Counted from the first letter of the stretch, positions 49,165 through 62,928 are shown. The stretch: DNA of 64,000 nucleotides from Lingula anatina (GCA_051362555.1 CM120640.1:38356788-38420787), one strand, 5' to 3'. The notes: generated by a model from the letters alone, not told the origin. A program made the numbers and translations.

Positions 49165-52100
49165 AAAGACAAACTGATTTTCTTGCATTTATTGTTAAAA
49201 GAAATTCTGTTGCACAAATTTCCAAAGGTCATAAAAATGAAGTGGAAAGTATAAATAGTTATTAAAGTGGCCAAGAGAACTTGGTATTTCTGAATACTAT
49301 GTGAGATGGATCTTGTTAAAGAGTCCATTCACTGCTTTAAAAACCAATCTACTTATAAAACAAAAGCCTGCAAACAGCAGCTGCTCATTATAATGTATGG
49401 CTTGAAATAGTTTTTAAAAAAACATACAAATACCCAATCATTCCAAATCCAACAAAAGTCTAACAAAAAAACTCCCCAAATACAAAAAAAGTGTATGAAA
49501 ACTGGTTTCCAATTGTACACTCGTTTCCATGCATCTAACTAAGTGGAAAATATACTAGGATTATTCTCATATTAACAGAGAATAAATGTTCAACTGCCAT
49601 AAACATTACTAATCTACCACTAGGTTTAAAAAAGTTCACAATTCCAAAAATAATCAGAACAGAAAAATAACTCAGCCATTTACTTTTTTTAAAGATAACT
49701 TAAATCTTTTTTTAGTATTCCTGCAAAATATGTGATAATACTGTAATAAGTGTTGAATGTATCTGATGATTTTATCACCTGTTGACCCACTTGATTGTAG
49801 ATCTCCACTACACAAACATCACTATGAAACATGAAGGTGCTATCAAATCGACCTGAATATTAATGCAAAATCTATAACCAAACATTCAAGTGTCAAACTT
49901 GCAAATTCTATATATTAAAAAACTATAACTGTCACAAATTATGAAAGTGATGTTGGAATAATATTTTACTTATGCTACAGCTACTTGTTATTTGGGCACA
50001 TACCTATCTGGCCTAAAGGTAAAATACCTGTCTTGTGCTACAGACATTGGAATATTTTGGGATATCCATAGTTCTAGTGTATTCTAATAAATGTATTAAA
50101 ATTTCATATTGCACACAATTGGCTTGCATGCTATAAGCATTTATCAGCCTGCAAAGCATTTTTCTCATAGAATACAGCCATACCAATTCCCAGAATGGCA
50201 TGGCTTCCAGTAATACTTCCAAAAGACCACAATATGACAGCATGTATAGCTCTAATACGTCTATATTGTCTGTCACTGCGAAAATTGCCTGCCTTACATT
50301 CAGCAGCAAAGGCAAGTCATGTAAGTACCTGATAGAGATTGTGTAGCACCAGTTGGTACACAGCAGCTCAGCCACTCCTACGTGACTCGTGCCCAAATAG
50401 CCAGGAAACCTGCAAATCACCACAATTCTAAATGCTCAGAAAAATACAAAATGTGGAATATTGTAAATCCTGGTAATGTAACATTCGGTACAAACCACAA
50501 GATATATGAAACATTGTTTTTAAGCTCCTTTTCTCTCTCATTCTCTCTTCATAAAAAAACTGTCAGCTCAAAAGTAGATAATGTACATGTATGCAAAAAG
50601 CTTACTAATATCCCAGAAAAAATAAAATTACCCATTTTCCTACCATAAATTATCTTGTGTGCTGAATTAAATTAACATACATCTTATATAATATCATTTA
50701 CTTCTGGGGAATAAGTTAATTCAAAAATAGGACAATCATCTCTGATTTCACATATATTCATGTAAAATGTGGTATTAAAAGCTTCTGCTACAAATAACCT
50801 CAAAATCCAATAACACTTTAACAGCTACAACCTGCGGACAACCCAGAAACCACACACAAAACTTACATTGTTAAGGAAAACAACACAGAACAATTGCAAA
50901 GTGCATAAGCATTAATAGAAAAAACAGCACATGAATTTAAATATTTTGATATGTCAAAACCCCTAGTATTTTTTTATATATTTTTTTAAAAATAATTTTC
51001 TAACTCAAAATTAAAAATTGCATGTACACACTAACATGCTCTCTTTCATGTATGTTTAACATATAAATAACCAGGTAAAAGTCTTCCATCATGAGGTACT
51101 AGAGACATAGTGCACCTATCTGATACAAATTGTACATTTTAACAAAAGATACACAAATCACTCTAGTACCAAATCAGTTCCATCATATATATACATATAT
51201 CTGGTGACATTTTCCCTAAAGTGACTGCCCTCCATGCAATGGGTTAGTGTTAACTGATAACATATTGAGCAAATAAGAGGGTTCACAAACAAACTGATAC
51301 TCTAATATTGAGTACAAATATTAAAATTGCACGGTGGACCCACACAGGTCAGCACTAGCAAAAACAAATGAGACATGGCCCTAAAAGGCAACCAACAGAT
51401 GCCTATAATATGTAATCATAACACTGCACCAGAAAATAAATTAAAAGGCTTAGCCTTCCCAGGAATGGAAGGTTCTGTCACATGTTAAAACAAAAATCAC
51501 ACTAACCAGCAAATTGCAATGACTTAAATGGGTTAAGGGGGAGTAGAGTTCAACTACATTGGTCACAGTTAATCACAAAATGGCACAGGGGTCATGGCAC
51601 TAAACACCAGCTATTGGGATGGGAGGGGGGCTTGCAAACTATCTACCAAAATTATTTGCACAGTAATTATCCATTATTATGCATTAAGACATCAAGATGG
51701 GTTTATATATTGTTTGACAACCGTGGGATTACATCAGTATTCATGCAAAGTTAAGTACCAGGACATCAATCAGTTGACTACACATTACAAAAACTATATC
51801 AATCATCTCTGAACCTGAATATAGAAATATTACCACAGCAGTGCAAAGGAGTTTACCATAACTCTGTGACTAGACAGAACTCATCAAGACTTGTTATCAA
51901 GTATAAAAAAATCTTTTAGACAGTTCCTAGAAAATGATTGTCCACTGGTTACTTTTATGGTCAGTGCTACCATGTTTTATATGAATGATAGAGTTCTTTT
52001 TTTTTTACAATGGAAGGCTACTACTTTTTTTACAAAGTACAAATTTTTGTTAGGATACAAAAAGCTGAATCTCATTGCTTAGTAATATAAATAATAGTTA

Positions 52101-52520
52101 TGTGCATCTGGATGAGATACTGTTGAGGAAGGTTCATTTAAAATTACCATTAATTCTTTGGTATCTGAGATCAAGCCTGATCAATGAATCTGAGATTACA
52201 TCTGTCAATCACAATTATATTCATTCCAGTTGAGGAACTACTCATCCTGTATTATATGTCGGTGTAGTACTATGCACTACTGAAACAGGCACCTGACCCA
52301 TGAGGTTAATAATAAATTAGTGATAGGACATTAAAAATTTAAGCCAAATATTAACTAAATGCATGCTGACTGGTTGTGTGTGCTTAACATCTATTATGTC
52401 ATCTGTAGCACAGGACTTCCCTCCACCCAGCTGAACACTGCATGTCACATCACACTTTTTTGGTCTGGATAATATGAGGTAAAGCAAGAACAGGAATGCA
52501 TGCCTCTCTAGATATTTAAT
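49165..52520 (-). promoter_or_regulatory. Putative ~3.3-kb U-rich 3' UTR of the CPEB gene
   Basis: The stretch after the stop codon is repeat-free and U-rich on the minus strand. A candidate AATAAA lies at 49193-49188. The 3' end is a guess. Confidence 0.5.
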
Positions 52521-55500
52521 CTAGCACCATCGAAATGGTACTGCCCTGGGACGATCGGCCCCTTCCTTGACTAGTGGCTTGTGGAATTCCCGTCCTGGGC
52601 GCGAGTGGATCTGGGCCCAGCAGTGTTCACAGTAATACTGCAGGCAAGTGACATTGGCGCAGAAGAAAGGAGCAAACTTGCCTCCACATCGGGCTCCCTG
52701 GCATTCATCACAAAGCTGGTCATCTAACACATAGGGCTTCACTTCAACCTGGATGATAAATAAGGGGGATATTAAAAATTGCTGTAAATTAATTAAATTA
52801 CCAAATAAGAACTTTGCAGAGCAACACTATGCTGAACACAAAATCTGTGCATCTATAATGGTTATCAAGCCCAGGTCAAGAATTTTTCATCTTTTCCTCT
52901 TTTTTCATATGATCTCTACGACCTTATTAAAGAAGGTCAAGGTGAATCATCCACAAAGTCATCCAAAAGTCTCATGAGAGGTTTGTGTTCCAAATTATGT
53001 TCTTTTCTTTTTTTTTAATCTCCCCATTCACAAGTATGAGACGTGGATTGAAAGAGATAGATGGGTAGACCAAGGGACCATTCACAGACCCTATTGTACT
53101 GTGGATTGATCTATCTCCGAAGGGATTCTCGCTAAATTGCGATCAACTTAGGCGGCTTAGATGACTGTCACTCCTACTGAAACTGCTAGGAGGTAATTAA
53201 TTATCATTTAGTAGTTTCAGTAGGAGTGCCAGACATCTAAGCTGCTTAAGCTGAAAGCAATTAAGCAAGAAACCCCTCAGATATGGATCAATCCTGTTAG
53301 AACGATCTAGGTATGGGAACCCAGCCCAATAGATTTTTTTTGCATCCTGCCATACCAGAAAAATGCCATGGTGCATAACTATTTTTTTAGGCCATAATGT
53401 AAGGTTTCACTGAAATTGATTGAAAACTGCAGTAGATGATATGCAGTTACAATTGCACACTGCAAAAGAAAGCACCCTTATTGTATATCATTGTGCAATT
53501 ACATAAAAATCGTATTTAACTGCCATTTATTTCTGATTCAGTGCTTATCTGTAACTCACAAGCACTAATATTATATTGTTATGTAACACAAAGCAACAAA
53601 AAAAGGGGTAAAAAAGTTATCAGTGCACTGCTGCATATTGATTGGTACAATCCCTTCAGAGAATTTACCTACATAATTCAGACACGATGTTCAATAATGT
53701 GTTCAGCACAAGAGCAATCCCCAAAAGATTACTTAACATTTCCTGTAATTTAGCCACTACTTCAGGTTCTAAGCTTCTAAAATCACTTTGATTGGGGGGG
53801 GGGGGGAGGGGGGGGGGGAAGGAGTTCTCATGCACTTCAATACACAAGCTCTCCACAAATACTTTACGTGACAATTAACCTATGCCTTACCCTTTTATCT
53901 ATGTCTCCATGCTGAAGTTGTACAAAGCGAGCACTGATAGCTGCTATGTAGCTCTGCTGGTTGGAAAAAGCAACTCGTCCTGCTCCTTTTGGATATTTCA
54001 ACTCGGGGTCAGTGTCAATTCCAGCATAGCACACACCTCCATACAGACGGTCCATGATCATGGCCAGCTCAACTGGAAAAAAAAACACAAAAGCTATCTC
54101 TTAAACCAAGCCGTTTTCACAGTCAGTATGACCAAAATATTTTCAAAAGCTCTATTAAATATAGCTTTGCATGAAACCAGAAAGAAAACAAAATATTGTT
54201 TGTTTACATTTTCACCTCTCAATGTAAATTCACCAAGTCTACAAGCCCACTTGCAAAGGTTATAAAAACAACAGGGTATCATTGCAGGTGCCCTTCAGTG
54301 CACAACCAACCCTATCCCTATCTGCCTTTTCTCATGTGGTCTATTTGGCTAACAGTCAAACACACAGAACAGATAGCACTATATAAATTGCTGAATGTAA
54401 TATAATCATGTGTAAGCCAATAATCTCCCAAGATTAGATTTTTTCATAATTTCAGTAAATGTGAACCTTCATACAATATACATGAAATCTGCTTTGAAAT
54501 AACCAAAAACACATTATCAGAAGAAATAAATTATATCAAGAAATATGACATGTTTTGTGATTTAAACAGACTTGCAAATGAGGTACAAACTTTGATATCA
54601 TAGCTATAAATATAATTAAAAAAAAAAACAAATATGTAAGAACTTAAGGAGTAATAAACCACCAATGAGCTAAAAATGATATTTTCCCATACCTGCTCTC
54701 AAAGGTCTAGGTACTCCCCCTACAAAAATGGTCTTCCTAGGATCAAGTGGTTGAGAGCCATCCATCACAAAGTCTGAGTCACTCAAGTTCCACGGACGAA
54801 TCTGCACCTGATAACATGGGCAAATTTAAGTGTAGTTTATTTCAAAAATAATAATATCACTTTAACATGAGCATATGATATTGTATAATTATTTCAGTAA
54901 ACTCTGAAAACAGTCAACAAAATTTACAAACATCTATGCTACAAATTAAAACAGCAAAATCAACACATGGAGAATGTTAGCTTTAAATTCAGCAATTAGC
55001 AGATTCCAAAAACCAGTATATCGGCACATGTTTAAATACCACTTACAATAATAACTGATCAACTGACTATAGCACATTTTAAATATCTGTGGGGAAAAAA
55101 GCAACTTACTGGTTTATCTTTCATGGTCGGGCTTGATACACACCAATATAACTTGCCATCATCAACAATACATGCATCGATTAATGCCTGAACAGACAAC
55201 TCATCTTGGAACAGTAAGAAGCAATATCCTATTAAAAGAAAAATGTTTTTTTCAAAAAAGGAGTAATGAGAGGTCAAATGATTCAAACATCCATCTTTCA
55301 ATAATTAAACCAGTATTTTCTTTCTCACATTTCAAACATTTTTACAAAAAGCTATAACATAGTTGGAAACCACAGTAGTAAAGTAAGCAAACCAAATGAT
55401 CATTTACAAAATGAAAAATACAAAATGTACCTTTTGGAGGAAAGTAAGATTTGCTCTCTGCTTTGTGGGGCCAATCTACAACCAGAGGTCCAAATCGCCT

Positions 55501-58500
55501 AAATGCAGCAGTTATCTCTTCTGTGAAGCAAAAACAAGATTGGTTAAAATAAAGACCTGGTATGTTTTGGTTTAAAATAAATATGTGAATGATTTCAATA
55601 CCCATTCAGTTACAGAAATCTCACCCTTAAGAAAATACATACATATCCTTTATTCCTTACCTTCATCAATGTCAGGTGGCAAGCCTCCAACGAAAACCTT
55701 TCTGGAAAATCTTTCTACCCTCTCCATGCCGGCTTCAGTTCGAGGAGACCCACTTGAAGGGGTTCCCAGGCTTCCAGGAACAGTCTGGTCCAGAGAACCA
55801 TCCTCAAGGAGGTGATGATCTTCCACAAAACCAAAAGGAGATTTCCCTTCAGGTAAAAATAAAATTACATTCGTTTTGACAAAAAGTACATAAAAACTGC
55901 TCGAAACATTCAATATACTACATTAATTTTGTGATAGCTGAAATAATTCTTTAAATGAATAATTTAATCATTTTAATCACTTTTATCATCTCTTCGATAA
56001 ATGAAAAGAAAAATCAAATGAAATGGGCACCAAAATGAGTTGACAATAAAATTTAAACAAAATGGATAACAAATATACTTTGTTTATCAGTGCTACAAAT
56101 AATAATCATCTGTTTCTAGATAATAAATATATGTTTTAAGCTGAATTATATTAGATTAATATAACCAGTAAATATTTTTTGTAGAACTGAATAATGTATA
56201 AACTCCTTGAAAAAGTCCAAAATATTGCAAAAATACCTAAATTGTACGAGAAAATATAAAAATTTTATCTGTTACAAAAAAGGGCCAATGATAAGAATAA
56301 CAATAAACAGATACATTAAAAACTGTTTGAAAATGTTTCAAACCAAGAAAGGTACAACCATATGACTTCAGTAACAACATAGATATGGATAAAACATCAA
56401 AGTTTCCACAAGGTTATTAACGTTTTAAACAATGGCCTCTATTCAGAAATCATGATATCATCTTAGGCAAATAAAAAATATGTGTAGCAAATATAAGTTC
56501 TATCTGATTTTGTCCCCTCAAATGCACCCCTAACATCATGACATTAACCCCCAAAAAAACATCGATATAATAACTCTTAATTCCTTTCAATCCTCTGTGT
56601 GATATCATGCACCAAAAGCCTATGATTTGTACTACTTCAAATGGGTAATGTGGTGCACAGAATATCCAAATGATGAAATTAAAAGATTTGTGCAGTTATT
56701 GGCAAAGCTATACAACATAATACAACTGACATTCTGAATAGTTCTAAGTCAAACACAATGATGCTAACATATTATAAAACACTAGAAATCTAAATATATG
56801 AAATAACTGAGGTACATTCAAAATAATAAGTCATTTCTTTTTATTTCAGCAATTATTGTACTGTATTTTTCTTAAAATAACTTTGTACCATTTTCTAACC
56901 TTCACAAGTCAAAAGATTCCATATATTTGCAAAGTAAGAATGCATGAACAGAATAAATTGAAGGAAAAACAACAGTATATTATATTTAATAAAAAATTGT
57001 CAAAATAAGAACAGGATTAAACAACATTAATATAAACATCCAATGTAGAATTACAAACAACCCAGCCTCATTGATATAAAACACATAACTGAAGCAGTTC
57101 TGAGCAAAACAACACCTATTGTGTACCTCTGCGTCTTCCATAAGGACGAGCTGCTCATGTAATTGAAGAAAAGAAGTTATGTACCTCATAAATGTGTAAT
57201 ATCCAATAGATGACATAAAAGACTAAGAACACTGCTGTGCACATGCTACCACAGGCCAAAGCAAACAATCTTATTTCTAGCAAGGACTGGAGGATGGGAT
57301 TGAACTAAATCTTCCTGTGCTAAATTGGATTTACTGTGAAAATAGTAATTCTTTCAACATAGCTTGAAATGACGCAAGTTGGAAGGCAGGAGCTAGTGCT
57401 GCTGAACCACATACAGGTCACTCTACCCAAAATGCAACCTTTCAGTTCCCAACTAGCCCAAGGCTGTCACATCTTCAGTGCGCATTATGGGTTAAAACAG
57501 AAGCATGAAGACTGCTCAGCTTGATAAAAACCGTGTGACATAAACCTTTCAGTTATTAGAAATGCTTTTTGCTTTCTAGTGAGTGAAACTTTTCTGAATG
57601 CCAAATTACTGAATGCTTTACCAAAGTGGTAAGATAACATCTTAAATGTTTAGACTACCAATAATAAAACATACATGACCAAAGCATAGTCCAATTACAT
57701 CTTTAAAGAATTATTTGACATATGAAATGGTAACAAGGACATTTAGGACAGATACATATATCTACTACTGGTATAAGTACATGGCAATTTCATTGAACTG
57801 CAGTTGTACACATTTCTGTTATACACAGAGTGCCATTACATTTCCTTACGTCTGATCACAATGGGTTGATATTACTTCATTTATCAATATGTCTTGAAGC
57901 ATTGTCTCAACTATCAAGCATATAATGAAATGACGAAGAAGTCTTAAGAATTATGCTATTTCTACCAATATATTGATCGGCATGGTCCATAATTACTTTC
58001 TACTGACTGTGAAATCAACCCTTCCACAAGGGTAGCAACTGTGATCACATGCCTTACAAAAGTTATTGATCTCCTGAGAAGAAAGAGTTAAGAATATGAA
58101 TACTGAGTGTAGATTGTGACAGAAAATGTTCAATAGTCTTTAACATCAGTCTTTGTCATGACCATTCTCATCTCTAGCAGAATTTGGTCATTAGACAGAT
58201 AGGCATAATAAATTGCTTCTGAACATGCAAAACTCAGGTGAGTACAGTATGTTACCATATGGCAAATAATAATCCCCTGAAATAAAATATTGAATACCTG
58301 CACATTTGTGGTTACTTTGCAACTTTTCACCTGTATTTTGCATACTGATGATGAATAGCTTATTACTCTGCAGATCCTTACACTACCGGGGGGAGAACAG
58401 GAAAATCCCTGTCAGTATACTGGTTCACCTCCAAGGACTGTCTTATGCCTCAGACGATGTACCAAGCAGCCAATATAACACTCAGTTTCAAACATTAACA

Positions 58501-61500
58501 GCGTGCAGACTTCACATTTAAAACACAAGTTGAAGTGGTATATTTCTAACAACTAAATGACTTACATAAAAAAGACTTATTGAAGAAATATAGCCCAGTT
58601 TTTAGACATTGTTGGTCTGCTGGTGTTTAAGGCAAAGGGGGCAAAAAGCTGGCCTGAAATATTTCACAAATGGCTTTTGATCTTGCCTTCAACACTATTC
58701 TCTTAATGCCTTATCTGAATTGATTCATTCAAAACACTGAATCAAAACATGTTTTTCAGTTCTTTTTCTGAATATGTATCACCTTAACTGAAATCCTAAA
58801 GTCGTGCCTCATAGCCTCTCTGTATGACCATGCACTTCAAGGTTTAAATGAAGTTCAAATGTTTTAACTTTATATACTAGTACTAAAACTGACCACATGA
58901 AACTAATAACTAGGATTTATATCTTTATCTAGATATCCTGTTTACAAGACAGACTTGACCACATGAAAAACGGTGTGCTACTAACAGCTGGCACACCTAT
59001 GATTGGTATTTCAGTGAACACTCAACCATCATGTAGTATATAATATACAAGAAATAAACACATATTCAACACTTTATGGGATGCTTGTTAGTTAAAAACT
59101 GTTTGAGGGATTGTTTAAAATTGTTTCCATGGTTTTATTTCAGCTGACAGTCCAAAATCCATAACAGAAACAACACTGGGTGAACTTGAAATGTTCTACC
59201 TGAAATAATCAATGGGGTTTTCATGCATAAGAGGAGGTGTTTATGCTAGCTCTGAATAAAATAACCAATACAACAGGCTATTTATATTCAGAAAAGCCTT
59301 GACAAATATATGGAGAAACAACTTTTGTAAGAACTTAGCTGAAATCCATCTGCTAATTTTAGACCTACAAGTAAGACACAACAAGAAAAAAAAAACAAAC
59401 CCTCACATTTAGATTGCTTTTTTATAAAGTAGGGTCAGACAAGATTTATCTAAATTTAAATCATAACAGTGGTGTGGAATAAACTGCCTCGGCTATGATA
59501 TATTTCCACTTGTTCTCAATAGAAATTCTTCCATGTTCAAAGATGGAAATACGTGTATTGATTTTTTAATACATTCTCAGGCCTACACATATCTATACAA
59601 AGCAGCCTGCAAATGGCAAACACCCACACTCAATGTGAATAGAACCTAGTTTCGAGATTAGCTCTGACGTAAATGCCTGCATCACACTTCACAGTTAAGA
59701 ATATAAATTTGATTATAGACTACAAGCTTCACAGAGCTTGCCAGTAAATTTAATCTTAGTGTATAACATATACATATATCCAGTGAACCTATATGAAATC
59801 CATGACTTTGGTTGAACTACATTGTGGCCTAAAGCAAACCCAGGTGACTGGGTTTCAGAGCTGACTAATGATATTCGAGATATGAAATTGGGGACATATC
59901 ACTATACAGTGGATGAAAGATTATGAATGCAAAACTAAATGCCCCAAGTATATGTATGTACAGAATAATTTTCATTAACATTCTACTTCTCCAGCCAGCA
60001 TATTTTGGTCCCACTGATGAAAGTTATTATGAATGCCAAAAGTATTAATAGGCAAAATTTGTGAAACTCTTCCTAATATGAAAATAGGAGCACATTATCA
60101 TTTCAAAGTTTATACATACAGTACTTGACTAATGCCAGAACAAGAAATGAAAGCATTAATTTTAATCAGAGATTATATCCAGATTTAAACTAAATCCAGT
60201 TTACCATACTTAGATAAGTAATATATGCCTTCTTAAAGAGTATGCTTGAACATTTTGGGATATCAGTTAGCTTGTTTTATTGACTTGATATACATATAGT
60301 ATTCTACCTTTGAAATTTGCTTGTTGCTGATGCTGTGGCTGCTGCTGTTCCACTGCAGTTTGTCGCATTATATCAAGCAGCTGGCTCTCTAGGGTTGGGA
60401 ATCGCATGCTGTCATAATTATTTTGATCCTGAAAGAAATTGGCAGATGTGGTTTTATTGTAGAAAAGAGGGAATGACCAATTAACCAAAATTTCATATCT
60501 GTATTTCATGAAGTCATACAACTTACCAAAAGACCCATATTATACTTCTAGCGGTAAAAATGCCCGTAAGTTTCATTATATCTTTGGGTGGATCCTCAAA
60601 ATACTAATTAGGATTTACTTATAGAAATGCTGTGGCATCAAGACATCTGTCACAAACACAAGCTCTGCATAAGCTATTTATTTGTGTCTGAAATCAATCC
60701 ACAGCTGCTCAGAGCTCCAAAAATCTGTTGGTCAATATTAGGAGAATAAAGGTTGGGTTACTGAAATGACCTTTCAAATCTCATATATTTAAGTGCTAAA
60801 TGAAAATTTAGTAAATATGTAATCTTAAATTCTATGTTTTTGCTTAAGTGATCAGAGACCTTGATCATCATAATAAATACATTATTCCTTAAAAGAATTT
60901 CAAGAGTAATGTTATGATAAAATGTTATATACCTGCATTCCACTCATCTGATTCATTGAATTTGCTTCATCTACACTGCTGAAAGTCTCAAAGCCAGGTT
61001 TAGTTGCCATCTGTGGAGGTTGTTGCATGTGCCCTGGATATGAGGTACTTCGTCTAAATTTGGACGGGGTGAGGAACATGTTTTGTTTTCTCATAGAACC
61101 TCCCATTTGGGCAGGGTTAAAGGTTGGCATGTTTGGCACAGATCGCCGATTTGGCTGAATATTACCCCACATATTAGCCTGCTGCTGTTGTTGTTGATGC
61201 CCAGGCCAGGACTGGTGTGGGGGGTTACTCCAAGAGGGATAGCCTTTGGAGTTATTCACATAAACATGGTTCCCCATATTTCCAGGCTGATTTCTCTGCT
61301 GTCCAAACTGATTGTGTGTCCCTCCAGTTATGGCCCTTCTTGGTGGCTGGGCTTGCTGAGGCATTCCCATACTCATCTGAGGGGGAGCAACATTAGTGTT
61401 AAACATTGCTGGGTTAGTTGGGGGAGGAAAATTTTGAAATGTTACGGTTCCATTGAGAGCCTGAAACCCCTGAAGAAAAGTATCATCAATGGTTGCTGCT

Positions 61501-61910
61501 GAAGACCATGGAGCTTGGCTAGGCAACGAGTTTACCATAGCACTATTCACAGAAGCCGGGTCGACAAGACCAACAAATTCTGTAGTGGTCACTACTGTTT
61601 GGGCAGGTGCTGCAGACTCAATATTTTTTTCATCTTGTTGCTGGGGGGATTCGATCTGCGTTACGTTAACCGTATTGCAGGGCGAGTTCTGCTCTGGACT
61701 CTGGCTATCTGGAGTTGGTGAGCTCTGCTCTGTACTTACTACTGTTTTCTCAACCTGCGTTTCATGACGATTTTCATGATCTTGCATTGTGCTGGTCGAA
61801 GATGAGACAATGTCTGCTGAAAACAAAGACTGGTTGTTCGATAAATTGTTCAATCCGACTGGTGATAATACTCTTATATTGGAAGCCAAACTCACTCCGT
61901 AATCCCCCAT
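52521..61910 (-). CDS. CPEB4: Cytoplasmic polyadenylation element-binding protein of the CPEB2/3/4 (Orb2) subfamily; 672 aa, or 680 aa with the microexon
   Basis: Exons: 61910-60933, 60428-60308, [57150-57127 microexon], 55846-55661, 55520-55431, 55228-55110, 54807-54693, 54072-53891, 52748-52521. The protein starts MGDYG and has a Q/P/N-rich N-terminal domain and an LESQLLDIMR NES-like motif. It also has RRM1 (RFSRKVFVGGLPPDID..DWPHKAESKSYFPPKGY), RRM2 (KTIFVGGVPRPLRA..YPKGAGRVAF), a ZZ finger (CDECQGARC..CANVTCLQYYCEHCW..H) and ends in PFRWC. It is co-orthologous to CPEB2/3/4. Confidence 0.97.
53073..53327. mobile_element. Palindromic MITE (most complete copy) in the last CPEB intron
   Basis: The central inverted repeat is CACTCCTACTGAAACTGCTA / TAGTAGTTTCAGTAGGAGTG, with imperfect outer arms. 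It is homologous to 22165-22384. Confidence 0.8.
57127..57150 (-). CDS. 24-nt frame-preserving CPEB microexon encoding (A)RPYGRRR(G)
   Basis: The minus strand reads ...acttcttttcttcaattacatgagcag|CTCGTCCTTATGGAAGACGCAGAG|gtacac. It is phase 1-1, matching the flanking exons, and the peptide matches the vertebrate CPEB2-4 8-aa microexon. Confidence 0.88.
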
Positions 61911-62926
61911 CAAGTTTTTGGCAATAGATCTCTTTTTAAGTTAGTCAGATCAGTCTTCAGGGGAATTTTTTTTGCTCCAGATCGCCACGTCTGCTGGTGT
62001 CCTTTTGCAACGCACGATACTGTGGCCTCGGTATCGAATATTTCTTTTCGCCGGAGGTTTCTGAATCACCAATATGTGAATAAAATATTTCAAACAATAT
62101 ACTTCCCCCTACTCTACGTTATATAGTAATTGTATTAGATTCAGTTCGATATCATCTATAGTGTGGAAGATAATCATAAGTATATTTACGTTGTGATACG
62201 AGTATTAAGAAAATTCATCGCATAGGGTGCCTTGAAACTGACGACGTAAGGTCGCTTTAGGTCGAAGGGAAACAGGATAATGACCTTAGGCTAATATTAC
62301 CGATTGTACAATTTAACATTCGCCAAAAATCAGATAATATACGTGAAAATGTTTGAAAAAAACATATAATTGTGTTGTTATTTGTTGCTTCGTTTTTTTT
62401 TTAACAGTATGTGCACCTACAGTGGTTTATGATAAAAATATTCCAGTGGGAAGATAATGTAATAATTCACCTTTGACCTACTGGTATAGTGCCCAGGGAT
62501 GGAGGATCATATGGATGTAAAACTAAAAGCATTTCCTGCTTTATAATTATATTAATGATAAGAATGTTAGAAAGTGATATATATTTTTTGACTCAGCCAT
62601 TATAGATTCATTTTTTCTTTTCACTATAAACTTATTTTTGTGTGGCCGTTGTCACAATTATTGGAGGGAAGAAACACGTACTGCACGTACTCGATCCTTT
62701 GCACTATTCATCACATGTCCCTGTAACAAAGGGCAACAAAGTAAAATCCTAGGTATCAGTATCCCCCCCCCCCCCCCCCTTGAATTCACAACTTACAAGT
62801 CTTTGATTATTTCTACATTTCATGTGAGATATTTTATACCTTTATTAAAATATTTCATTTCATTTATCAGAAGTCCATTCTTATTCAAGTACTTACTTTT
62901 TCATTATTCATACAACTTTTTTGATG

Positions 62927-62928
<2 letters not shown>

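Noticed and set aside
55847-60307. HDV-like CPEB3 ribozyme, or an equivalent of the vertebrate 51-nt alternative exon, in the long CPEB intron
   Set aside because: I could not see a GC-rich nested double pseudoknot or a convincing homologous exon by eye, and the CPEB3 ribozyme is known from mammals. A structure-descriptor search would be needed to exclude it.
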